From Cirrosporium novae-zelandiae (taxonomy: Eukaryota): a stretch of 64,000 nt of DNA. Location: assembly GCA_026023565.1 (NCBI GenBank), contig JAPETS010000027.1, positions 248,001 to 312,000 on the forward strand, read 5' to 3'. Every line of letters starts with the position of its first letter. Positions within the stretch are counted from its first letter, which is position 1. Of this stretch, positions 37,882-48,578 are shown piece by piece. The translations under genes and the position numbers were made by a program. The notes beneath the pieces were generated by a model. The model did no database searches. It saw only the letters and a list, made by a program, of their open reading frames with translations, and was not told where the DNA came from.

Positions 37882-40800
37882 ATGGCAGCAAAGAACCAAG
37901 GATTTATAGTAAGCTCCTTGTGGAGTTTTAAACCTGAAGCGGTAAGTCTTCTTACATACGCTACTGGAATTCAATAAGTTAAAAGAGCAATAGGAACGTC
38001 AAGTCCTGAATGAGTTCAGCACCTATTCTCAGAATGGGATAGCTAATTTTTCGTACAACCAAAACTCTGATTGCTTCATTGTCGAGAATTGTCAGGCCAA
38101 CGACGAAAGGCCACTGGATGCTCTCCTAAGCACGGTAGCATCGTTCATCAAAAGGGAGAGAGACGGAGGTAATGATCCTAAGGTGTGCAGTGATTTGTCC
38201 CTATCGATTCTATCTTCGGCTACTAGGAGTCCCGATTAACCTATATGGGTTCATAGAATGTAAAGATTGAGAGAGTTGACAAGGAAGTTAATCAACATCT
38301 CCAGCTAAGTCTAGGATTTCAGCTTAATAAACTTGATAACCTTGTACACAATCCAAATGGTGCTCCAGAAAACCAAGAGCTCGGGTCAGTTTCAGCGGGT
38401 GAGAACCAGAGCCAACAATTCTCACTAGCCCTTCCCCAATTTAGAAGGACGTGGCAAGCCAGTAGAGAGTTTCACGAGATCTTTCCACAATTCACACAGG
38501 CATACCTAACATCCATTGGCGGACAGACCAACTCTGAACTTTCAGTTGACGAACCGCAATTTCAGATCGGAATACAAGGACACCAGGAGAATGATGTCGA
38601 GGAGGCTTTGAAAAGATTACAGAACCTGGCCTGGACCTTTGTAAGTATAAGACTCAACTTCCTGTTTTATTGCTAACTTTGAAGCAGTTTACGGCCTTCC
38701 ATCCAATGTCAAAGCACCTTCTCGACGTCGATGCCAAGATCACCAGGAAGATTGGACTATATTTTACCACGCTCCAGGAGGAGGGTGAAAGGACACTGAG
38801 AGGTACCCTCCTCCCTGACACGCACATCGACCTGAAGGACAGCATTCATAAAATGAAAATGACCCGACTTTCTCTATTCAACCCAGTAGTCAATAAGTAC
38901 GAACGGATTCTACTTGATATTCACCCTCTCCATAACAAAAGTTCAAGCGAAGTGGCACAGCAAGTTTTCAATGGTTGGCGCTGGGCTGAGATTGGTGACG
39001 AGACTCTTGACCCTGGAGTACTTAAAAATACGTCGGTATATTTGTTCGAAGAAAGCCAATATGGGCAGAATATGACGAATTTTGGGAGAAAAAATATTCT
39101 GGACTGGGTTGGTAATACAGAAGAGCCAGAAGAGCCTGAAAGAAAGATGAGCACAACGTCTAGCCTTAGCTATACGGGGGTGATCGCCGTCAGTCCTCTC
39201 GATCAAGTTGGAGTGGTTGAAACGCCTGCACAAGAACCTCCTCATAGAATAAGACCAGGAAAGAGGCGCATAAAGAAGGGAGGTGATACAAAACCGTCTC
39301 ATCTGCAGACAAAAAGTGAATTGACTAAGCAGAAAACATCTTCAGAACCAGACTCGGTAAATTTGAAAATTTCACTTCAACGGTCAGATGGCGCTGTTAC
39401 AAATGATTTAGTATCACTCATAGGGGCAGGAAGTTCTACCTCTCACTCTGTCAACATTCCAAGAGTGATAGATGAAAATAATGACAAGGAAACTTTCAAA
39501 GAAGATGAAGGTACAACTGGTGGCCCACATGTCCAATTTCCTCTGGACCTCGACTTCTTCGAGAAGCGATTAGAAACCAGTCAAGCAACTGCGAGAAAGG
39601 GCATTGCCGGTGATCATACCACTCAAAGCCTGGAGCAGCGCAAGGAAAATTACGAGACTAAATACGAAGGAGCGCTGATTCCAATAGGTGTCCCTCCACC
39701 CTCAACTACCGGTGTTTCTGAATCCTCGAAAAGTGTATCCGCAAGAAATTCAGTATGGGAGTCTGAGCATTCGTTTACTCCACGATACTATTCTTATCAA
39801 GATAGCCTTGCTCGGGATCAGCAGAATAGCTGGGCTAACCAGTCAGTTCACCTTGACCACCAGCATGGCTCAGGGACATTAGTAGAAATAGGCGCCGGTA
39901 GGCCCCAGAAGATAGGGCAGAAGGCTAGGAGCGGTCCTCGTAGTGAGAAACAGCTTATCAACAACTTAGCTTTCAGGCGTTCAAATCAAACCCAGCAACC
40001 ACAATCTCAACAAAATATCATAGGCCAGAATTTTATCAAGTCAGTGAAGGAAAATGACAAATCCAAGGAAACGAGACTACAGCCACTTATAGACCTGCGT
40101 CCTCCACTACCACCCACTCCCTGGAAACCAGTCAATCCGAACTTGAGAGGAGATCTTACTGATCTTTCTGAATATCCTGCTCTGCCTATCCCCACACCTG
40201 CTCAACCCCAGACACGACCTTCTTCATCTATCTCGACTCTTCGCATCACCGATGAAACAAAAACGCGAAATTTTAAAAAGACGATGGGGCAACAGTCGCC
40301 TCCACCTATGGATATTGAAATATTCGACAATCATGTTCTTGGTGATAAAAGTCCCGTAGGTTTTGAAGGGAAGGACCAGAAGTACACTGGAAATCTCCTC
40401 GAAATAGCTCGCCGTTGCGCTGGTCAAATCAGGTTGAACGTCCAGATCGGGCGCATAGTGATTCCTCGTTTAGCACATACGGAGCATGACCAATACGATA
40501 TCGCAGAATGGCACAAAATCTTTGACAATTCTCATGGGGCCCAGCCACCAGATATCCATTTCTTACCGGCGCTAACTTCTTCTGGTCAAGATGTTGACTT
40601 CATAACATTGCTCAAGTTAGACGATGGTAAACCAATGTTTAAAAGTATTCGTGAATACGACGTCATTTATTGCTTTAAATGCAAGACTCCTGAAGGAACG
40701 ATTATGGAAATTGAAATTGCAGAGCCCCCTGAAGCTGAAGATACTGATGAACCTAGTGAAAAACCTAGGTACACTGTCTCCCAGCCCATTACCATGGGTA

Positions 40801-41435
40801 CTATCAGCCGTCATTTCCCACGGCATTCTTGGGATGCAGCGATGACTTTAAAGTGCTATGATTTGAATGCTAGATTAGACCGTTTCAGTCAACCTGCCAA
40901 GGAGCTGGCCGACCACCTTCGAGTTCCACCAGGTAAGGAAAATGTTGAACTTTCAACTAAAAACTCATTCCTGGACCTCAGAGTCGAGAGTGTTTTAGTC
41001 CGCCGCCGCTGTTCGTATGAACATCATCAGCATAGTGATATCATACTGAATATCACTGAAGTCCAAGTACTTAATGTTCAAAGGCTCGAGGAAAATCAAG
41101 CTATTCTTCGGGCAATATCTTGTAACATTCCAACGATGATTAGAGATCACGATCGCTGGTACGAGGTTTCGCTAACTTCGCAATTCATTGACGAGGTGTT
41201 TGATGAGAACATGGAGCTTGGTATAGGAGAGATCGCCTCTTGGACTCCGGATATGATACTTAATAATACTGAACAAAGTGTTCCGTCGTTATGGAGTGTT
41301 ACTAGAACGCTCGTTCATGCAATCGATAACGTTGGCTTTCACAACAAGGGGCCAAGCACAGCCCCTCCTCTGGGAAACAAATTGCAGATCTGGTCAAAGG
41401 AACACCACGGATACACAACCCCTTACTTCTGGTGA
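37882..41435 (+). CDS. Large uncharacterised protein (about 1126 aa, 4 exons); possible degenerate KH-like segment and a folded C-terminal domain
   Basis: Exons 37882-37941, 37994-38182, 38257-38640 and 38688-41435 join in frame through three phase-0 GT-AG introns with no internal stops. Confidence 0.8.
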
Positions 41436-42160
41436 ATTTCAAGCTTGTCTGGGCAGGAAGGTATGTACGATCCTAACAATGGGAGCGCAATATAATTCTG
41501 TAAATAGCAGATTTAAGATAGCTAGCTAATATTTTCAGCTTACCATAGGAGAATTCTTCTTCAAGCTTGTCTAGTCAACACGCACACTCAATCTTTGTGG
41601 ATCCTCCTAAGATACTTCCAACCCTTATGAGGCGATCTGCCAACCTAAAATATTTCTTTCGTCTAATGCACTCTGCCTTTTTTATCCTTCTTATGTGGTT
41701 CCCTTCTACTCAAGTTTCAACTGTACTTTCATTCAAGCGATTCAGCATCCGCTATCTGTACCTTCTGCTACACTCTCAGATATGCCCCTCGAGCGTGTTG
41801 AAAGCTGCTGTTTGCACATTAAGAATTCTAGATAGATTCTGTTGCAATGCAAATGTTCAATAGGTTAATGCTTGGGTATTCCAATGCGTAGTTGATATCC
41901 ATAAATTAGTTACCAGATTACTCAATTGGGCGGGGTAACGTAGTCAATACCATGGAGACAAGAACCTAAAACAGCCATGTGTAACAACAAGAAATTTTCC
42001 AAGGCAATGAAATACAACAGCAGTTAAAAGTCCATAGTTGATTCAGACAGTATAATCCCATAGAATTTAATGTTTTATTGATACTCATTCTGCGCCACAA
42101 AACGCCCTTAGCAGTTCGTAGGTCCTTAGGTCCAATAAATACGATATATCGAAGGCATTC

Positions 42161-42960
42161 TTATTTCTTGGACTTTTTGCCCTTATTGCTCTTTCGACTT
42201 TTCAGTCCGTTTTCTGCCTTAAGCGTCTCTAGTGTCGCGGAATTTAGAGGGGCCTCAGATTCTTGAGCAGTCGGGTCTATGAAACCAGCTGGCGCCTCGC
42301 TCTTCTTAGCTGCCCTAGAAGGATCGGCTTTTCCTATAACAGGTACAGAAGATGCCAACCAATTTCTCAATGCCTCCTCCACAAATTCCCCATCCTGGGT
42401 GAACCATTGGGTAAAACTACCCTCATACGTCTTCTCCTGCAGCGGGGCGCCGTCATTCTTCCCCCAACTGACTGTCAGATAATATATTGGCTTATTCTTC
42501 TTCGCTTCCGTCCGAATTGCAATTTTATTGCCTCCCTTGGTCCCAACAAAAACCGTTCCCTTCTCAATGAAGTAAATCCATGCTGTCAGTAAGGTGTTGA
42601 GAATGAAGTACACAATGACCGTATAGAAAGTGTAATGTTTTGTGGCCTCGAAGCCGAGCTTGTAGTCATAGTAGAAAGTGATAGCGGCGATGGTGACGGC
42701 GGTGTAGCCTAAGGCCAGGCGAATGTCGGTGAGGTAGTAAGAGGGAACGAATGCGAGGCCGCCCGTAGAGGGGTGAGAGGAGAGGTAGAGGGGAAGGTGG
42801 TCATCTGTTGTATTTTTGAGGTCTATAGAGGAGATAGTTAGCTTGGCCATAATGGGGGTAGGGCAATAGCGGCCCTAGTTAGAGTAGCAGAGAGCCCCAG
42901 AGGAGATAAGAGAACATAGATACCGGGGAGAGAGTATTTGTTAATCTTAGCCGTCGCCAT
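42161..42960 (-). CDS. SPC2: Signal peptidase complex subunit 2 (Spc2/SPC25), 2 exons
   Basis: MATAKINKYSLP|DLKNTTDDHLPLYL (intron 42823-42923); LTDIRLALGY, two TM helices, FTQWFTQDGEF; KK-rich C-terminus. Confidence 0.9.
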
Positions 42961-43541
42961 GGTTAGAACGGGCTCCCTATTCAGAATCTGACTAAAGAAA
43001 ATTAAAGAACTGTGAGACTAGTAATTCTTCCTAGATAGGGCTAATGGAAAGGAGGAAGCAGTGAACGAATCCTCAAAGATTCTTTGTAGACGTTAAGTTT
43101 TGAATCGTGTTAAACTGGTAAACTGGCCTCAGAGGATATTATGGATAGGGTTACACAATCGATAGGGCCGATCGAAACTAGAATTTTTTAGGTTAGAAAC
43201 AGCCCTAACCCAAGAGTCAATGTGAACTTCATCTCAAATGCTTAGATCTACATGTTTCGACCTATGGTATCAAACTAGTATCTCTTTTGTTTTTTCTTTC
43301 TCTCCATCTATTGTCCTTTCTTGCTTGTTTCATCAGGTCAATGATACCCGCAGAGTTACAGGTTGAATTTACTCAATCGTGTACAACCGTCGTTCTCAAA
43401 TATTTCTTTTAGCCGTTAACTTCTTGATACATTGTCATAACCGCTAAATATCATTTCATTCCACCTATTCGAACTTTGTTTTACTACCCAAAAACCTATT
43501 GACACGGTTTCCTATATTCATCTTTCTTCGCTTGGGCTGTC

Positions 43542-44399
43542 ATGGGGAACACGGATGCCATAATTTCAATACCATCTCTTCTTGCAACACTTAAAATTGT
43601 CCCTTTAAGCCACCAGAAATCCATAGGTACAACTGTGGGAGGCAAGAGCTGTCACCAGCGGTTAGCCAAATCTACCCAAGATAAGGCCCGAGAGCATATG
43701 GTAAACTTATCAGAGTATGATCCCTCAATGACGAAGTTTGGATATGAGCTCAGCCACCTAGCCGGCTCACTGCTATGCCAGCAAAACCATCAAGACCAGA
43801 AAACCCTGATTTTCAACCGTTGGTTAGCATTGGTACAGACTTTTATGCAGGAAACCCAACTTCCGATCCTAGCCAGGTCATCCAAGATTCAGGAGCCTAG
43901 GATAATCAAATCTTGCACTCTTCTTAAGCAAGACCTACAGCACGAGTTCGTGAAATATTGTGCTGCAAGGTTGAATATAAGGTTAAATAAACTCACGGGA
44001 AACTTTCTCGCCGCTATCATTGATACAGGGGCTAGGGTGTCTGTCATAGACCTAGATGTTCTGAAGAAAATTGCTCCCGAAATGGATATAAAGCAACTAG
44101 GAACTCCAACAATGACGAAGGGCGTCGGCTTAGGGTCGGCCTATACTCTGACAGCATGTGCTCTCCTGGACATATATGTCCCAGGGTTTATGAACGCTAA
44201 TCCATCACGGCCTGTTATGGCTAAAATTTCCCGATGGGTATTAGTTATGGATAATCGAGGAACAGACATGGTTATTGGTGTAGATATAATGGACCCAGAG
44301 AAAATGGTTCCAGATATTTCTACCAAGATACTCAGAATTAGAAGCTGCCAGGGCATAATAGCACCGTTGACAATAACGTGGGAAAATAGTATATCTTGA
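43542..44399 (+). CDS. Cys/His-motif N-terminal domain fused to a retrotransposon-type (Ty3/Gypsy-like) aspartic protease
   Basis: Intact 285-aa ORF; AIIDTGARVSVID (catalytic Asp codon 44022-44024), flap-like KGVG, and DMVIGVDIM; N-terminal GTTVGGKSC...LSHLAGSLLCQQNHQDQ...RW. Confidence 0.75.
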   Translation: MGNTDAIISIPSLLATLKIVPLSHQKSIGTTVGGKSCHQRLAKSTQDKAREHMVNLSEYDPSMTKFGYELSHLAGSLLCQQNHQDQKTLIFNRWLALVQTFMQETQLPILARSSKIQEPRIIKSCTLLKQDLQHEFVKYCAARLNIRLNKLTGNFLAAIIDTGARVSVIDLDVLKKIAPEMDIKQLGTPTMTKGVGLGSAYTLTACALLDIYVPGFMNANPSRPVMAKISRWVLVMDNRGTDMVIGVDIMDPEKMVPDISTKILRIRSCQGIIAPLTITWENSIS

Positions 44400-44810
44400 C
44401 TCTTCTAACTTGCTTCTTTCGCGATACTGTCGGACATAATAAAGCATTATAGTATTAGCCATTACCTTCGTTGGTGTAACCAAATGCTTGGAATTACCAC
44501 TCTATGCAGGTCGTATTTTGGAAGCATCAATGGCGGCGATTGGAGGATGGATGCAAAGGTCGTTTAAAGGGCGATGTTTGGGGCTAGGGAAGAATGCTCT
44601 TGAGCATTTTGTCGAGGGCAGATTGGGCAACAGAGAAAGACGGAAACTTCCAATAGAGTAAATAGATCATCTATGATAGTTTAATCGAAGGTTATGTTAT
44701 GATACAGATTATATATAGTTACATTCCATATTCATTTTCTTTTCACAATTGCAAAATATACAGTCCATCTTATTAGCTATTTGGTGTCAATGCTTTCGAC
44801 AAAGAGAAAC

Positions 44811-44896
44811 GAACGTGGTCTTGAAGAGGTCTTCAAACAAGGCTAGTTTTTAATAAAAAAAACAATTTTGTTTGAAGGCCTCTTTAAGGTCACTTC
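44811..44896 (+). repeat. Inverted repeat/hairpin with 26-bp arms
   Basis: gtggtcttgaagaggtcttcaaacaa (44815-44840) pairs with ttgtttgaaggcctctttaaggtcac (44868-44893): 22 Watson-Crick and 4 G.T pairs. Confidence 0.85.
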
Positions 44897-45107
44897 CAAT
44901 CTACCTTTCGAAAGGGAGGAGAGGATGGCGAAGAAATCTGGGGCTTTGTTCTCCGCATCTGCTCTCTCAAACCCCGAGAAACCGAGAAGCTTGGCCAACT
45001 CTAATTTTACAGTATCCGATACGTTTATCAAAAAAACCTCCGCCAAAACCACCACCAACACCCACAGTTATCGCTCTACGACTAGTTGCATATAAACCTT
45101 AGCAACC

Positions 45108-46381
45108 ATGGCCCAAGAAGCTATGAGTGAGCAGTCGATCCATCGGGATCCAGCGCTTTTGTATGTGAAATTCTCCCAATCATTAGCAAAAACCACTGTA
45201 GATAGCTAGATCTCCCCCCCGTCCTACTGTACAAAAAGTGACCATTAGCTGACTTGAGAAATGCAAACCTAGCTACTGGATCCTGATTCCGATTACGGTA
45301 GTTATGGTATATATTCACTCCCCCCCCTCCACCATTCCCAACCAATCCCAAACCAACCCTCACCCCCCGCTAGATCCTCACAGGCATCCTCCGACATTAC
45401 ATAACCGTCCTATTATCTCCCAAACCCAAACCTCAGCCCCTACCCGCCCTGCGCGAGCAGCGGTCCCTCCTACGGGGGACGTATCTCCGCAACAACAGCC
45501 CCGCGATCACGACAACGTCCTTCACCTCCCGCCGCAACTACATGGTGAACGCCTACAAGAACGGGGCGTTTCTGAAAAACCCAGAGAGCAGGGGACAGCC
45601 GCCCGCGAACCCGATGACGGATCCTGCAGGCATGGAGCAGATGATGGGTATGATGAAGGGGAATATGGCCATGATGGTGCCGCAGAGTTTGATCATGGGG
45701 TGGATTAATGCGTTTTTTTCTGGGTTTGTCGTTAGTATGTTTTTGGTCTCTTTTTCTTCTTCTTATGATATATATTTCTACTGCTCATTACGCTTCCCCC
45801 TCACCCTTAAAGCAACTTGGAAGGGAGGGGGGGCTCTCTAAGTTAGTTGGGAGTGGTAATGAGATGGAAGAGCTAACATCAAGCGACACCTAGTGAAACT
45901 CCCCTTCCCATTAACGATTCGATTCAAAAGCATGCTCCAATCCGGCGTCGCTACACGAGACCTAGATGTCCGATGGGTATCTTCTCTCTCCTGGTATTTC
46001 CTATGCCTATTCGGATTACAATCCGTATTCATATTCCTCCTCGGAAATGATAATGGTACGTTTTTTTCTTTTCTTTTCTTCTTCTCTCTCCTCCTCTTTC
46101 TCCAGCTTATTGTTCAATTAACTTCCCAAACTGGTTTTTTCTTTCCTTTTCACTATCCTTCGTATATATCCCTTTTAAAAGCTAACATTGAAAAACAAGC
46201 GGCATCGCAAATGTCTCAACAGATGGCGCAAATGAATCCGGGGGCACAGGCTGGAAACATGTTCGGTCCGGGTCAGGATCCGGATAAGATGTTTAAAGCC
46301 GAGGCCGAGAACCTGGAGGTCCTGGATCATTGGTGTGTACTTGAAGGTGTAGAGGATAGGCTTTTAACCAGTATGGCATGA
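45108..46381 (+). CDS. EMC3: ER membrane protein complex subunit 3 (5 exons)
   Basis: EQSIHRDPALF|YWILIPITVVM|ILTGILRHY; PPANPMTDPAGMEQMMGMMKGN; MGWINAFFSGFV; KLPFPLTIRFKSMLQSGV; WVSSLSWYFL; FKAEAENLEV. Confidence 0.95.
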
Positions 46382-46844
46382 AATTTTTTCCTGGGTTGAG
46401 AAAGGGGGGAAAAGGCAAGGCTGTTCACGCATTACTCGGCCACTCGCAAAGCTCTCTCTCCGGAGGCTGTCATACGAGTTGGTTGCGACTTGAACAAACA
46501 TTTTGAGGTCTGGGCGCGTTTAGATTTGATTTATAGAGGCAAGCTCTGCCAGGTAGATATTCAAATGATATAAAAAACGCCTATACCATCCATACCGGTA
46601 GCCACTGTGTATGCACACCCAAATCCATGTCCATATCCAATTACATTCCTAAAACCCCCATAGTCCGTTGTTCGTATTTCACATATCTAGCAAGATCCCG
46701 AATCTTCTTCTCTTCCCTTTCAGCTAAAGTCCCACATATCTTAGTTTTCTGAAAACTACTCCTTTGCTTCTATGATAGTCGATATATGACTTCTAGAGTA
46801 TGTCTGTCTTCGTGGATATGGGAGGGAGACACCGGTGAAGGGGA

Positions 46845-47880
46845 TTAAACATTATGCCACAATAAGTTCCTAAACGAGTCCCAGTGGTCGGAATCCGCGT
46901 ATCTATGCATTAGACATCCCGTTAGCACGTTTCTTCTCATATACACTTCTCTTTCCCCCCACTCAAAGCAACACGAATAGCAAATAGCGCACATCACATA
47001 CATATACTTCATGCTACTCCTTAAGCTCCCTTGCATGCTATCAGGATACCACCTAAAAATATACATGACGAGACCCCAACTAAGACTTGCAAACACGGGC
47101 CATGCATGTTCTCTCACTTTTTCCCTAGCAGGCTCCGAGAGGAAGGCATGTAAGGGGCTAGTGGGATGCGAGAGGGATAGTTTTCCGAGGGCGAGGAGGA
47201 CGCGCGCAAAAACGTATACGACGATCTGTTAATGCGTTAATATAGGAAGAGAGCTAGAAGAAGGTGGTGGAAAGGAGGGAAAAGGCGTACCTGCTGAGAA
47301 ACGCTGCTCATTCTCCTTCCAAATACAACATAGCCGCCTAGGAGTCCTGCCAAGAATGTATCATAGGGTCCTTCCTTGGGAGTGAGGACATCGGGATTGG
47401 AAGGGAGGGGGGAAAGCAAGGGCGGGAGGCGCGAGAGTAGAAGCATGGTTGTTTTATAGCAGACTGCGAAGGTGGCGAGATTACGCGCATGTTGGCGGGT
47501 TGCGCGCAGGACGAGAAAGAGCTTTTTGCGGAAACTTTAGAAGGGGGACAGGTGAGTATTAAGTTTTCCATGAGGGTGGGGTAGGAGAGGAAATAGTACC
47601 TCCCAGAACGGAAGAGGAAGATCATACTGTGTAGGAGATAGAAACGTCAGCATTATTCAACATTAGAAGATGCTCGGGAGCCAAGCTTACACCAAAGCAT
47701 GCGGAAACCGCACTTTTGTTCCGTAGACTGCGCCATTGCGAGCGCCTTTGAGAATCGCGAGGAAGGGAGCATAATTAGGGTCATGAAGGACAGAGTTGGC
47801 TATTTCCTGCGCAAGTAAAATTGTTAGTCGGTTGACTGGTGATGGCATCAACATAATAGATGGACCTTTATCGACTCCAT
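46845..47880 (-). CDS. Peroxisomal membrane protein 4 (PXMP4/PMP24; Tim17 family), 6 exons
   Basis: MESIK|EIANSVLHDPNYAPFLAILKGARNGAVYGTKVRFPHALV|MIFLFRSGS|FRKK..ATRQHARNLA; DTFLAGLLGGYVVFG; WPVFASLSWGLVM; SLRSSMKY|YADSDHWDSFRNLLWHNV*. Confidence 0.93.
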
Positions 47881-48578
47881 ATTACACGACGACGGTTCCT
47901 CTAATTACGTTTGCGAGTGAATGGTAGGAATGAAAAAGTAGATGATGTGCTCATTGGGGAACTTCAATTGGAGCTAGCAAGTGCTCAAATATAAAATAGC
48001 GTAGTCATTTGAGATAGAGGAGTAGGAGAGAGAGGGAAAGAACTGGAGTTGGATTTGGATTTGGATTTGACATTATCCGTTCCATGTGATTGAGAGAGAC
48101 TATGACGATTGTCAATTCGAACGGAATAATTAACGAAGCAACCCCCCTTGTTCCCGACCACTGCCTTGCCGACGCCGAAAACATACCTCGGCCGTTTACC
48201 CCAACGGATCCCATGAATCGTTAACTAGAAAGTACCTCGTATTTACAAATTACAAGCGATTGGGAAACATTTCCAAGTACAAGTACAGAAGGATTGGGGA
48301 AGCAATAATATATTCTTTATATTTTGCCTGAATAGCTCACGTAACCCAGTGGCGAAGCTCCATTATCCCCAAAATCTCCGTCAGATTGACCCTTTGCCGC
48401 CATGTGTATATTTACAACAGCCAAAGATACATGGCGTCTTGACCGAATATTCACACCCAAGAAAATAAAACCCCATCTGCCATCTACAAAACCCTTGGTC
48501 TAAACAAACAACATAGGAAATCGCTCAAAAACCATAGCAAGAAAGCACACAACCACCATCAACTTCCAAAGTCCCACA

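Noticed and set aside
42990..45100. Complete LTR retrotransposon around the protease ORF
   Set aside because: No direct terminal repeats, PBS/PPT or RT/integrase fragments seen, and the interval is only about 2 kb.
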